Origin: Podarcis filfolensis
Lineage: Eukaryota
Length of the DNA stretch: 64,000 nt
Direction: 5' to 3' (one strand)
Assembly: GCA_964270895.1 (NCBI GenBank)
Contig: OZ185438.1
Part shown: piece by piece, positions 27,610-43,090 of the stretch
How positions within the stretch are numbered: position 1 is the stretch's first letter
Layout of the letters: every line of letters starts with the position of its first letter
The notes under the pieces: model-generated
What the model was told of the DNA's origin: nothing
The model's database searches: none
Seen by the model: the letters and a program-made list of their open reading frames with translations, nothing else
Made by a program: the position numbers and the translations under genes

Positions 27610-30600
27610 AAACAGTTTGTTACAGTATGAGGTCCTGATTTAATAAAAATAAAAAATTGAATAGACTGATTTAACCACATTGTTAAATCCTACATTCTCC
27701 ATCTCTAGACTCCCACCCCACCAGTTCAAATGTATATAAGCAAGAGACACACCTACAGAGTAGATGAAGAAAGTGGTAGAGCCCTGATTCGTTGTTGCTG
27801 GGAAAGAAACAGTGGATAGAGGTTCCATGCCAGGAGCCTCAAGGTCTTCCTTCCTCTACCCATAATTAGACACAGAGCAAGGGGGTAGGGGTGAGGAGTG
27901 TGTGGCAAAAGAACCTGAGTTGGAACTCAGTAAAGCGCAGCCAAAGTAAGAAGCTTTTCAGGGTCCTTTGGGCAGTGCAGCCAGGTGGATGTCAATGTAA
28001 CTCTCACAGATGTGGAAATGTAATTTCCTGCCTTGGTTAGGTTTCTTTCACTTTCCAGACAAGTAAATAACAATTAGTATTCTTCACATATTGGTTTCAG
28101 CCCCAGACAGGATTGTACCTCCCTTTGTCTATTCTGCTGACAAAGAGAGGGAAAGGTGGGTACACTTAATGAATGCCATCTCTGTGAATGTTACTGAATG
28201 CCCTGCCTGCCTGCCTCTTCTGCTGTGCTCTTATTTGTTAAGGAAGACTGGAATCATGTAATAAAATAGGAATGATGGCAATAAAGGAAAGTAAAAATAT
28301 ATAAAGGAAAGGGAAATAAATATAAATCTTCATATCAAACCATAAACCATCATAGATTGCTGTTTGGTTGCCTGCTAAACATATTGTCAGTATATCATAG
28401 GAGTGGCTTAGAACACAAAATATGATTAGAATTTACAAACACTGTCTTAAGCCCATCTATATTCAGCTATATTTAACATACGTACAGGTCACATCCCTGC
28501 ATAATTTTGCTCAGGTAAATAGTTCCAAAGGGTAATATCCAACGTTAGTCATACTCAAGACTAGATCCATTGAAATCCATAGATTTAAGTATATTGGGTT
28601 ATATCCAATGCTAGTCCTACTCAGAGTAGACACATAATGTTGGTCCATTAATTTCAGTTGGTCTGCTTTCAGTATACCTTAGTTGAATATAGTATTTTGC
28701 TGACCTGCTTTTTAACTGATTCTTTTTTCTTATTTTAAGTTAAACCCTAACTCTGTATTTTTGTTTCATTGTAAAACATTTGTTATGATAAACTGGACTT
28801 CTATACAATTTAATTAACAATTGAAGATATAAAGGCTTGTTGCTTTTTCTAAACTAAAATATTGATCTTTTGATTAATATGTCACTTAAAATATGTATAC
28901 TCAAAACCCTTTCCTTTCCAAATGACACTAAGGAACACTGTTTTCCTTCTTGGGTACATTCCAGAACAGTTACAGTGTTCCTGTTTAAAACAAAAAGCAA
29001 GATGTGGAAGAACTCTAAAGGAGCTTTTAAAATGTTTTTATAAATGTATATTTATTAATACAGATATAGGCATAAAGCTAAAACTCTAGAATTCATTTTG
29101 CAGGTTGGGGGTGGGATCACAGTCTCAATAATTGTAAAACATAAATCTTACATGACTAACAAAACTCTGTTTGCTGATCATGATAGTTCAAAATTTGATA
29201 GATCTAAGATGTTATTCAAATCTGAAAATGCAACTTCAATTGGAGATCCTATTTTATAGGTTTGTAAAATATTTGTTCTCATTTTTATGTTCTGATCTGA
29301 ACTTTTACCCAAAAGAGGTTCTTTACTTTCAGTGAGCTCCTATATGTACAAGTTAGAACATTAGTAAAGAAAACTGATGGGAAATTAACAAAACCCTCTG
29401 TAAACATGGAATTTTTAACTGTATAATATACATCAGTAGCTTTTAGTCTTAATTTTCATGAAAGGTTAGCAACTTGCCTTCTTAAGACTGATACACTTTT
29501 ATTTCTGTAAATATGCCCTTGCATATTTATGCTTACACCTTGTACCTTTGCATTAATGTAATGTGTAATATTATAGCATGATGTATTAAATATGTTCCTT
29601 ATGTAAAAAGTATGCTTATTTTGCAAGATACGGTTTGCATAATGAAAAGTTGAATATGCGTTACACTTCTGAAACACATAGGACAAATGCTTGTTCCAAA
29701 TGATCTGGAGAACATCCCTACACTTTCAGATAAGCATAACTTTATACTAACAGGGGTGCCATTTCCATAGTCATATTGCAGCCATTATGGTAAATGTGCT
29801 GCATTTGAATAGTTGAGAGATATTCTCACAAGTTCACAGAATGGGTCTGCTTCCCCATTTGTAAAACATGAGTATGTTTCTATGACCAGTAGCAACTTTT
29901 AAAATACCACCAAGAGGGAGATGATGTTCTTTAGCAGATTGCATTGCAAATCCTCATGCACTGGACATTAGATAAGGCAGCTTTGGGGGGGGGGGGGAAA
30001 TGGGGGTGCGGGGAGAAGAGAGACACCAGGCTAAAGCAGATACAGAGGACATGTCTCGAAATACCAAAGCCCCCCTTTCCCATGCGCCAGCCTGATAATC
30101 ATTTAAAATTAGTAATGGTTTTAAAGTTCTTTTACCAGTACCAGACAATTTGATTATAAGCAGAATTTACTTGAACGTGTCATTCCCAAACTTTGGAATG
30201 TGGGGATTCCCACAAGAACACAAAGTTATTTTGCATTGTTTTCAGTGCATTCTAAGGGATAGTGAAATGGTGCTTAATTTATCAAGTTAAGATAATATAG
30301 GTAATATAGTACATGAATTATATCGAAAACTGTGACTCACCTAGTGATTCACTCTTCTTTTATAGCATCCTGCTTTTAAACACTTTTAATGAGTGAAGTA
30401 AATAATTTTTACTGTTTATTCCACCCAACAGTCATTTATGCGGAATGTGGAAATTCAGTCTTGGGATTTATTATTCAGAATATGGCTGTGATCCTTTTCA
30501 GAAGGTAAATCCCATTGAACATAGTGGGACTTCCTTCTGAGTAGACGTACATAACATAGCACCATAACTGTGACTAGTCTTTGATTTCATTGCAGCATGC

Positions 30601-32719
30601 TATTAGTGGTTAGACACAGAAAGTACTATGGTCTCAAAGCAATCCTAAACATAATTAATTGGAATTTGTTTTTTTAAAATCAGTGGGACTTGCAAGTAAA
30701 TATAGTTATACTGTATTTGGACTGTAAATTAGTAGCCAAATATTTTTTCTGGAACAATCCAGAGTATTATCGTTATATTACTGTTCCTTAGTGTTTTGCT
30801 GATGCATGTTCTTAAATTGTCTTTCAAGTTTAAAATATTCATTGCAATGTTTTACAAAATTTAAAAACTGAAATTTCAGGATTTATACATGATTTTTAGA
30901 TTTCTCCCCTATGTTCCTTAGAGGGATCATCATTTGACCATACCCTTTGTATTGTTTTGGTAATCATAACTTCTATTTAGTTTTTATTTAACAGAGCATT
31001 GAAATAAGCATATTATTTTTCTCAAAGCTACTGGCTTAAAATTATCTGAGTTTTTTTTGAAAATATGTTTCTTTCATTTCCAGGTTTTAAATATACATTT
31101 TTATCACCCTCTTTTTGTGATATTTGTTTCATTTCCCAATCTTGTTATTTCCCTTTTTGGATGGAGTGGGGATGGAATGATGTTCTCTTTTGGTAGTTTC
31201 CAATAATGTAAATGATGTCACACAAAGCTAAGTACTAGTAAACTTTAATCAAAGATGGGTTTGCTGCTGGGGAACCTACTATTCTGCCTTCTGGAAAATA
31301 CTCCTTTTAAAAAGTGCTTTGGACTAATTTAGTAATCTATATAATGTTGTTTCAACAGATAATGAAGCCTGGAAAAAAATATAAGATCCCTGAATATTAA
31401 TTCTGTGTATAAGGTTTCCATTTATGTAAGTGAACATTGGTGTAGTTCTAAATAGACAAATATATTTTTCAATGTTTATCCATAATTATCCCTTTGATTC
31501 TAACCTATAATTTGTCCCTATAGTCATACAACATTTCATGTTTAGAAGTTTTAAAATTATTCTGTGACTGTCATGTTTGGCTGAGGTTCTGCTGTTAATT
31601 CCATATGAGCAATCTGATACTTTAAATGATTTTTGCTAAATGAAACGTTTCTCTGCTGTGCTGTTTCCCTTGAAGAAATACAATCTTTATCACTAAAGGG
31701 TCACACATTCTGTATATTTTTTGTTGTTACTCCCATTTGATTTTTGCTAGTTAATATATATATTTTTAAGCACAGAAACTTTCTTGTCTGATGGACAGGA
31801 CAGTCCTATGATCTCACTGTTCCTCATAGCCACTGCACTAGGGCTATTACCAGGGCTAAAGTTGTGCTCAATTAGCACAGCCAATAGCCATATAAACAAA
31901 AGGAAAGTTTCCTTTACCGGGGGTTGCAGGAACTATGAAGCAGGCAAGGAGACCACGTGGGTGCAAGTGGTGGAAAACCACATGTGAATCTGAACAAACA
32001 CAAATAAAAATTTGTTATCAAGCCTATGGTGGTGGCATCTACTTCTCTATTACCACCCAACTGAGGAGTTCCATCCATTGGTTCAGGAGCTTACCTGGTT
32101 CATTAAAGCAATATGAGGCTACCTAGGATCTAGTCTTCTTTTGCTGTATGGTTTTGAATTGTTGAAACCAAAGGATATGGACAGGTATTTAGATACGTAG
32201 GCCTTAAGCATAACCACATATCCCTTGCTCTTCTTGGCCTGTAACATCTAGCAGAAAGAAATTGGCTAAGTCCAGGAGGTAGTGAATACCTCTTTGTGGA
32301 ATGTGGAGATGGGAGTGGGTGTGGGTTTTCACCAAAACTGAATGCCATGGTTCTATAACATGCTCCTTGGACCCAAAATTGGAACAACTATAACAAGTCC
32401 AGTGACCAAGTCCAGTGACCAAGATGCTTGCCTGGACCTGAACAGTGGTAACTGCATAACAGTGTTTGATGAGGACTGGTTTTGGTAATATATTTTTTTG
32501 CCAGCATATTGGATGACCTCTGCAAAGCAGGGTTGACCCTTATCCATACTGGCTTGTTACAGCTAGCTGTAGGGAGTTGACTGGGTGAGTCCAGCAAGTG
32601 ACTGATACTTCACTGGAGCAGGCCAGGTGTCACATGCCTTGAAGAATGTGGTGGTGTACTCCTTACTTACCTGGACTCAAAAATATTAAAGCAACTATCA
32701 CCCAGTGTCAAATATCCCT

Positions 32720-33640
32720 TTTTTGACACCTCTGGGAGTCATCATCAGGAGATTTGAGGTGCAGTACCATCAATATGCAGCTCTCTTTTCCATCTGAAAT
32801 GGGACGCGGGTGGCGCTGTGGTCTAAACCACAGAGCCTAGGGCTTGCCGATCAGAAGGTCGGTGGTTTGAATCCCCATGACTGGGTGAGCTCCTGTTGCT
32901 GGGTCCCTGCTCTTGCCAACCTAGCAGTTCGAAAGCATGTCAAAGTGCAAGTAGATAAATAGGTACTGCCCCAGTGGGAAGGTAAACAGCATTTCTGTGC
33001 GCTGCTCTGGTTTAGCCAGCATGTGGTCATGCTGGCCACATGACCCGGAAGCTGTACGCCGGATCCTTCGGCCAGTAAAGTGAGATGAGCGCCACAACCC
33101 CAGAGTCATCTGCGACTGGACCTAATGGTTGGGAGTCCCTTTACCTTTTTATTCCATCTGAATCAGGAGAGATAGCTGAGATATTTGACTGATAACTGGA
33201 GGTGGTGATGGATTGGATGTGAGACAATAAAATGAAGCTGAATCTTGAAAAGGGGTTTCATGTGTGAGTGGTGGGGAGGCAGTCTGATATGGATGGGGTT
33301 GCACGCCTCTGGAAGGAGCAGGTTTGCAGCTTGGGTGTTCCTGGTGCTCAGGGGGCCTTGGTAACTGGAGCCCCTTTTTCTGCTTTGGCTGGTTTACCAG
33401 CTATGGCCGTTTTGGACAGAGATGACTTGGCCCATGCACTCCATACTCTGTTAACTTCCAAATTGGATTATTGCAATGTGATTTATGTGAGGCTGCCTTT
33501 GAAGACAAGTCAGAAATTTCAATTGGTCCAAAATGCAGTGGACAGATTACTGGATGGGTTCTGTTTAGATCTTGTGTGACCTCTGTTTTAAAATAGCTGC
33601 ACTGGTTACCAATCTGTTTCCAGACCAATTCAAAGTGCTT
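32720..33640 (+). mobile_element. L2 LINE reverse-transcriptase fragment, interrupted by the Sauria SINE
   Basis: Decayed translation PLGVIIRRFEVQYHQYA... and ORF 33268..33579 LTSKLDYCNVIYVRLPLKTSQKFQLVQNAVDRLL. The LDYCN motif is typical of L2 ORF2. Confidence 0.8.
32801..33151 (+). mobile_element. Sauria SINE (Squam1/POM-type), near full length
   Basis: Starts GGGACGCGGGTGGCGCTGTGGTCTAAACC and ends ...CCCTTTACCTTT. Flanked by an 11-bp TSD, TTCCATCTGAA (32788-32798 and 33152-33162). Confidence 0.9.
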
Positions 33641-36600
33641 ACATGTTCCCCAGCGCTGCAGTGGGGCAAGACATTCCATTCATTGGTGTTTTGAGTGCTC
33701 TGTGTATCTCAGGGAAAGTGAAAGATAAAGGGTGTTGGGGAGTCCTACTTCATTGTTTGTGCTCCTGCTCCATTGCTTATTCATGCAGGGTGGAGTGACT
33801 TCTCCTTGCATCTCTAGTTGTAGCAAGTGTTAGCAGTGCACCCTTCTCATTTTGTTGTAAGTCTTGGCTGTTTGTGCAAAGGGGACTTTTACCGCAAAAG
33901 TCTCACTGGGTGTCTATAGGTTCAGTGCCCCAGGATGCTCCAGATGTGTAAACATATCAAGTGTCAATGTATGTTCATAGAGAGACTTATAAGCCATCCC
34001 CCCATTTCCAACAGATTATAATTCAAGGATGCTGTTGGACCTTTTATGTGTAAAACTCATGATTTTATGTGTAAAACTCGTGATTACAAGGAAGCTTGTG
34101 AAGCTTTAATGTTTGAATGGATCACTTCAAGCTTTTTTCAAGTTAAAATGTTTACATAAAGTTTGCATTAAATCAATGTAGATTCATAATAAATTACACG
34201 TGATGCCATTTAACCAGTACCATGAATTAGAAAATTATTTGGTTTATAGCTAGCTGAAATAATTGTTGCTTCCACGTGTTTAAGTTGTTTTTATGTGTTT
34301 AGTTCATGTGTTTTGCAAACATAACTCAAATTATTGGGTATTTCTATAGCCAAGTTTCCTGCATATTAGGACAGGTCAAACTTTCTTCCTGTGAGTCAGC
34401 CAAGATAACACAGACAAAGGCTATTTCTCACAGCTTAGCAAGGGAATTTGAGCCATGAGCTAATTTGCAGCTACTGGGGGGGGGGGCTTGTCTCCCCAGA
34501 ATCTCACAGGGCTTCTGCATATCAAATGGCTGGGTGAGATCGAGGGGGACGGGCACTGGGCCTTCTTAAAGGGCCAGTTGCCCTCAGACTCAGCCTTTCT
34601 CCTTTTGGGGCTGAATTTTCCAACTCTCACTGCCTCAGTTTTAGAGTCTCCCAGTGAGGCGTGAGTGGTTGCTGGTTTACAGGGCCAGAAAGGAATTTTA
34701 CTTTTAACCACAGTGGGCCTTCCATTGAAAGGTTTCCATTTTTCTCTCAGTGGATAGCAGGTGTTTGTGAGGTGTCTTCTACAAATCTATTAGTTACAAC
34801 TTGAGCAGAAATGGCATTGGGTAGGATCTGAACATAATGGTCTTTAGGAGGTGCACCAGCTCCTGGCTCGAGCATGGGTGGGGCTGGGGCTGGGGCTGGT
34901 GTCACACATCTCGGGTTACCAGCAGGATTCCAGCTGCAAGTTGTGCAGCGTGCTGGGTCAACTTCCAAGGAATTCCCTAGTAGGTGTTCTGGGATGGTGT
35001 TTTCAGATCAGAAATCTTCCAGGATGACAGACCCTGACCCAATGCCATGCCAACCCTGCTTACCTCACTGTGGTCAATAAAGGTTCCAGCCTATTTTCAC
35101 CCACTCCTGTGTCCTGGTCATTATTCACTCTACCTGGCCTAGGGAGGGCCATCACAATGTGCCTGGCATGCAACTGTATCTTCACTGTTATTAAAATAAA
35201 AATTGAGAACTTGCTGGCTGCCTTAGGAGATGCAAATAGAATGAACATGATAGGGAACAACTCTACTCTGCAGCATTTATTCAAATTCAAATAAAGCAAA
35301 ACCTGTGAGGAGGAGGACTCTGCAAGACATTCAGGTGCCACATGTTCACCCAATCAAGGCCCATACCAGAATTTGAAGCTATGGGAGACCATGCAATTTT
35401 CCTAGCAATTGTTTCTCAGTCTGTATATGTTATACAATTGCTGTATTTTAGCAACAAATTGTATTTGTATATAATTTTGCTCCTGACATTTCAATGCTCC
35501 CTTTTTCACACACAGTGGAGTATCTTTGTTTTCATCTTACCATGAGTCTTTAGGACTCTTGCTGCTATTAAAAATCTATGTACATCCAGCTGTGTGCTAG
35601 CAGCTATGGTGAGGATATGCAATTGTGAAATCTGTGTTTTACTGTTTGAAAACTCCTGGCTGTAATATAAATGCTAGTAGACATGAGCCAGTCTTTCTGC
35701 CTGAAGGCTGAGAAACATACCTAAACAGTTGCACTTCCTCTCAAACACAACCCATGGTGGGGAGAGCAAACCATCCTTGAGGGAGATGTGATGCTGCACT
35801 GCATAGACAAGGTTGCTGGGTTGCTGTGACAGTCAGATTGAGTGTAATCTAGTAATCACTGTATAGTTTCTGACCCACTTCCTTTATATCTTGTACAAAA
35901 ATATACTAGACATAATTTTTTTAATGTTAATTTTTGAGTGCATTCGGAAATATTTCTACTCAAAAGTAAATTCAGCTAAATTCAATGGGACTCTCTCCCA
36001 GGTAAGTGTGCATAGGACTGCAGCCTCTGGACCTTTTTTAAAAAATAAAATGAAAATGAAAACCATTGAAATCTGAATTACGGTACTATTTGTGATTTAA
36101 TAAATTAAAACTACATAAAATTAGTGTTTCTTAATTGCGTGATTGAAATTTTACAAAATCTGAACTATAAAGTGTGTAACATGTCATGCCATTTTCTAGG
36201 AATGCCTGGGAAGGTTAAAAATTGAGAAGGTTATATTACTCAGAAAATTGTACTCTACAAAATGGAACACCTTGTTGGAATTCACCTGTTCATGCAACAT
36301 TGAGCTCATATTTACAATGTCAGCTACTAGTTTTGTTTCCATCTTGAATATCGCCTTAATAACAAAAATGACTCTGTTATTTAAATTAATAGTTAAGTGC
36401 ATCTGAAGAATAAGATGGCAGTAACTATGAAAAGAACCATCTGATTGAAATTGGCTTGTTTGTTAATGTGAACCTTTTGAAGAACGTATAACTTGAACAT
36501 ATTTTGGAATTCCATATGTTGGAAAATGGTGCTCAGGCAGCTTCTTGTCAGATAATAATCTTCTTTCATTAGTGCATCACTACTTTGGAATGTTCATATC

Positions 36601-38187
36601 TTAATTTAGAAGCAGTGGCAACTGAGGAACCCCACGGCTTGCAAACACTGACGCTAACTTTATAATTTCTGTTATGGAATGTTGAAGCCACCTTTGGCTG
36701 TCATAATGAATTGAGCATGGCACATTTCAGTCTACATTTAAATGATAATGGGGGAGCCTTATTCATGAAGATTCAAAAGGTTGCTAACCAAGATTATTAA
36801 AATCTAGAAATCAAATAACATGTGGGTTTTTTTCTGCTAGCACCTTTGAAGTGATGCTATCAACCTGAACCACAGCAGGACAGCCATAAACTGCCATTCT
36901 GTAATTATTGAAAATGACTTCTGAATGAGAAACAGTGTTTATGCTTGCCTCAATTTTTCAGTGGTGATTATCTATTTGCTAATGCTGTGCCTTTCAGTCA
37001 AGATTATTGGGATTCAAGAGATGTTTTGCTGCTTATAGTAGACATTTTTCACTCCTGCTTGTAAAATTGAAGCTTTGCTACTCTGTGTATTGTTTTGGAT
37101 CCAGAATAATGTCTTCTATTTTAGTAGGTATTCCAAACATCTTTCTCTTTAGGTCAGATTTCCAGAATTGAGAGGGAGCTCTTATTTCTCCTTCAGATTT
37201 TGAATCTATGTCCATTTTTAATGTTCATGTTGATGTATATCTATTCCATTTTTGTGTGTGTCTTTCCATCACATTACATCTCACTGTACTACCAAGCATA
37301 TCTTGCTGGATTTTGCAGACCTCATATTTCAGTCTCTGTACCCTACAAAGGTGTCATGATTAGTATTTACAGTAAAGTACCAGTTCCCTGTCACAATTTA
37401 TTCATTTTTCTTCTTACAAAGGATTATCTACTATGCCCTCTATCCCTGAAACCCCAAAATGAAATATTTGTGCCCTGCTACACTGCTATAGGTTAAACAC
37501 TACGTGATTGCTATTCTAGATGCAAGTCCTAAGTTGTGTTTAAATGCATTGGTTACCAGAAAAATCACAAAACAAGTCCATTGTTTGGCAGACATAAAAA
37601 TGTATCTGCTTACTTTTAATATTCCAGTTAAAATAAAAGCAAATTAACTATCCTGGAAATTAGAGTTATTACATGCTATGACAGCTAGAAGTGGGTGGAC
37701 TCCCCCCCCCCCAGCAAGTACTATAGCTAAACAAGGACATAGGGTTTAAAATGTGGTCTTAACTAAAAAAGTGTGTTTTAAGGAACACCCCTTGGTAAAA
37801 ACATTGAAGAACATTGTTTATATGACTTCTGTGAAGCTAGGGACCAAAACATGTAACATTGGGAATATATCCAGAAAGAGATCTTTCAGCTCTGTCTGTG
37901 TGATGCATTTTATATTAAACTCTAGGAAAATGATTTGTCTATGTTGTAGCTTAGGAAATTTGCAATATGTAGGCACCTAGTAGTTGGGGAAAGGGGTGGA
38001 TTGAAACAATCCTTGTAGTGTCACCAGCATATATTCCCTGGATGACATGGAATACTTTTATCCATGCAACTCACAAAGAGGTCAGCTATGCAAACATTGC
38101 ATTTTCTGGTGCATAAACATTTAGATTTAAATTACTGTGATAATGAAAACATGAAAGTGATTCAGTGATAATCACGTATGCATTTAA

Positions 38188-38346
<159 letters not shown>

Positions 38347-39249
38347 TGAATTGTCATCGTCGATCTTCCTGATAATTTGAAATCGCTCTCATAACAAAGT
38401 GAAACTACATCCTTTTTTGGGAAGCGGGGGGGGGGGGAGGTGTGAAATTGCAAACTTTTGCTACCAGATTGCAAACTTGGCAATATAAAGAGGAGATCCA
38501 CAAACCAAGATCCACAGACCAGCTGTCACCCACCCATAGACCTGGCAGTCTGTGTGTGATTCATATAGCCTTTACAGGGAAAGTTACTGATGGAAGAACA
38601 AATCTCACCCATTTTCAGTGACATTGTTTCCTGTCCTTACAGTTTTTTTGGGGGGGAATACCATACCAAAAATGGAGTTTCAGAGACTCAAAGGAGTATA
38701 GCAATATTTCCTTGGTACTGGATACTCAAATTGTTCATGTTAGTTTTGAATAGATTTCTCATATAGTTTAGAATTCTGCCACTTCATTTTGTACAAATTA
38801 TAGCAGCTATTGTTTGCAGGCCAAGGTGCCAGGCCTCTTCTGCCCCTGACCCTCCAAGTAAAATAAAGGACACCATAGAATGGCTTTTTGGATGGAAACA
38901 GGCCACAACTTTTTGAATACAGATGAAAAAGGTTTGGCTTAGGCTTGAGGCTTAGGCATTACTTCTGGCCCATCTGCCAGAAGTGACGCCAGGTCAATCC
39001 AGCCACGGGGGTTCCTAAGTCTTACATCAAATAGGGGGAGCCCCACAGGAATCACTGTCTGGGGGAGTGCTATCAGTCCTGGCCCCCAACTGGACATAAT
39101 AATGATGATAATAAGGACATAAGCAACTCCCCCCGGATCCCTTTAACAGCATGCCCTAGCATTAAAGGGGCAAGTGGAGACCACAACCATTCCTCCATCC
39201 AAGACTAAGACTGTCCCAATGCTTAACTAAGTTGTGACAATTGCCATGA

Positions 39250-39747
<498 letters not shown>

Positions 39748-41817
39748 TAGCCAAGAGCCAGCACAGTCATTTGGCCTTAACAGTCAACATGAGGCTCATG
39801 CTATGAGCCTCAGCCTACTTTGCAGATCAGCTTCTTCACCTCCTCTTTTCTTTCCTGATTCTTCTCCCATCCCTTCTGTTCCATACATACACATGCCCAC
39901 TTTTCTATTTTGATTTTGGTTTTTGGTCCCCTTGATTATTTCGTACAGAGTGTTTTTTTATACTTGTTCATAATTTTCATGCAAATACCATGTACACAAA
40001 GGCCTCTCTCCTGGGTTTACATGGTGCTCTTCAGACTGCATTCGCATCAGTATTCACCCCTGAACTTCACTAACTGCCTCAAAACATGCAGGTTCATTTG
40101 CTGCTTCCATGACTAATTGTCATTGATAAAATACTGTTTCAGTGTATTTGCGGCTTTTTAAAGACACCTGTGCTAGTACTGTGTCTGTGCTAATTAACTT
40201 CATAGCTCATTCTGCACTATGCAAATAATGATAAATACTGATTTATTTTAGTCCTGAACTTCCACAGATGGTGAATCTTTTTGCTGTTATCTCTTCATTG
40301 TGTTTATTGTTTTATAAAGCTTTAGCTTCTCCTTTTCCTTCTTCTTCTGCCCGCTCCCCTCCCCTCTCTGGCTGTCAGATTCTTAACTTGCTGTTTATGA
40401 GCCTACCATAGATTTAAAATCATTGTTTAAGGTTTCACTGTGTAATATTAAAGTCTAACTTGTGTGGACAATTTTCTTGGCTGAAAATGTCATGCTACAT
40501 AAATCCTGAATCTGTCTGAAAAGTGTTTGAGCCTTGGTTTAGCTCTATAAATTACCCTTTCAGACTTCTCTTTCCTTGAATGATACTATTTTATCTATAT
40601 AGCTGTTATTTAAGTAAAAGCTTTGTTTCATTGTTTTTTCCATTTTCAGTGCACCACAATTTAAGCTTCAATTCTGAAATGGCAAAACTGAAAGCAAAAT
40701 CACTTTTTAATTCACTTGACTTTTAAATGTGACTCCTTTAAGTCTAGAGCACAGATAATTAGATTGAAGGAATACTACAATATCTGATAATCTGTCAGTT
40801 TTTACCTGGAACACACATAAAGAATTGTGGCAGCTGTTATTTACAGTTTTCACAACAATAAAGCTAATATGGTCCTTTAGCTTTATAAAAAGCTGGAAGT
40901 CTTTTCTTATTTGCACAGAAAGTTTTGTATTAATTTTAAATCCAGATACAAATTTAAAAATAAAATTGCTGCCAGACTGAAAAGAAAATAAGTTTTGAGG
41001 TCATATTTATATAACCTAAAATGTACATTACTCTCCCATCTTATTCCTGATTACTTTAAATCTTGGCTATCTCTTTGCTTTCCACTTGCATCTTAGAAGG
41101 TCAGCCCTGCTTCTTTCAAATTGTTGCCTGTTGTATCATCAGTTCTATAAACTTATGTTCCCACATGAGGCCTAGGGATAGGCTAATTGATATAAAGAAT
41201 ATCAGCAGTTCTTTTTGAAGACACCATGTTTGCTTAAATACTGGTTCTTGTGCATATAGACCTCACATGGACATAGAGGCTAATACAGTAACCATATGTA
41301 TACAGTCTCCGTCATATTGTATGTCTGTCCACAGAATCTCACATACAATTGTTCAGTCTTACAGACTGAATTAGGGCTTTCCTAAGTTATAGATAGTGTT
41401 GGTGATCAATTCTTCAGCCTTTTTAAACATGATATTCCGCAGTAATTTTTCCAGGACATTGGGTTACTCCTTTAAGAATGCCATTTTGTATCTAATTTAT
41501 TGCTGGAAAAGACACAATCTTTTGCTTTCATTGGAGAGCTTACACAGTAAATCCTACGGATGTATGCATATGGCAAGTTTTATTGAATGCTAAATCATTT
41601 TATGATTACCCTCATGTAAGTTATTATACTGTGAAGAGTTAGATCAGGTTAACAATATTTTAGAAGAATTCAGATTGATGGGTCTATTTAGAGGGGGAAA
41701 CTTTTTTTTCTTGTATGCACATAGGAAAATAATTCCAAAACCATTAAGTTACAAGAAGCCTACTGATGATAAATTACTTTCGTATCACATGAAGAAAGTG
41801 TAAATACATTAATCTAA

Positions 41818-41970
<153 letters not shown>

Positions 41971-42907
41971 TGACCTCAGACACAAATTGTACATTTAATT
42001 GTGTTTTAAGATACATTTACAGAAATTATTGAATATATTTATAGAAGTTATTAAAATGTAAATTGTCCTTATTATTCCAGATCATTCTACACAATGCAGG
42101 TTATGTGGTTAATGTTTGAGGATTCTTGTTGATGGTTCATTACCAGTGTCACAAATTGGCAGTTAAGGACAAATTGCCAACTTCTTCTCAATTTTATAAG
42201 ACCGTGCATGATACTATTGCAATTTGATTCCCAGAGTGAAGCAGCAGGGAAGTAATTGAAACTCAGCCCTAGCTTTTGAGGAATTTCCCCACACATATTT
42301 GAACAACATAATTTAAAATCTTATTATTTCAATGTCAGTGAAATACTCTTGTGAGAATATATGAGATGTTCTAGAATTCATCTTGATAATACATATTCTT
42401 CACATTCGTTTGAGTTCAGTGACACATATTCCAGGTAAGCTTGGACAAGCTTGAAGCCTAAGAGCCCTTGAAGGCAAGGATCATGTCGGCTGCTGGCTGG
42501 CCCTGAATAGAAGGAGGATGCTTAGGTGGGCTGCCAGAAGCCTCCTAATAGAGAGGCTGTAGTGGTGCAATGAGGGGAGAAAAGAAGTTGAAGGTGAGAT
42601 GAGGAGATCAAATCAGATCTACAGCTTCTGTTTACTTCTCTCCTCCTCTAGTTTGCACCTGACTGCATAAAGGCAGTCTGCATTCTCCTGTTTTGGAGAC
42701 CCTTCTTCTTCCTTTTCTTTTTAAAAAGAATACACAGATCTGCAAACATTAGGGCTCCCTTGAGTCCTGAATGGTATACATAAGCACTGACAGTCACCCC
42801 ATGAAGTTAGCAAATAGATGGAGTGATTGTTATAAGGTTCTCTACTGATGGTACTGATGGCTTGCATACAAAAAAAGTATCCTATAGCTTCAGAGTGAGC
42901 TATGATT

Positions 42908-43090
42908 AATAATAATAATAATTTATTATTTATACCCCGCCCATCTGGCTGGGTTCCCCAACCACTCTGGGCGGCTTCCAACAAAACACTAAAATACAAT
43001 AACCTATTAAACATTAAAAGCTTCCCTAAACAGGGCTGCCTTTCGATGTCTTCTAAAAGTTTGGTGGTTATTTTTCTCTTTGACATCCCC
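42908..43090 (-). mobile_element. L2 3' end fragment
   Basis: (AAT)n tail then tttataccccgcccatctggctggg...ctctgggcggctt...cagggctgcctt..gatgtcttctaaa, the reverse of a squamate L2 3' terminus. Confidence 0.7.

Noticed and set aside
32388-34085. Short tandem duplications (13-bp caagtccagtgac near 32394; 21-bp ttttatgtgtaaaactc(a/g)tga near 34042)
   Set aside because: Ordinary slippage duplications in intron sequence with no further structure.
36615-36650. TGGCAACTGAGGAAC (WQLRN) as a candidate start of exon 9
   Set aside because: There is no VG or acceptor upstream, the downstream residues diverge, and a stop follows shortly.
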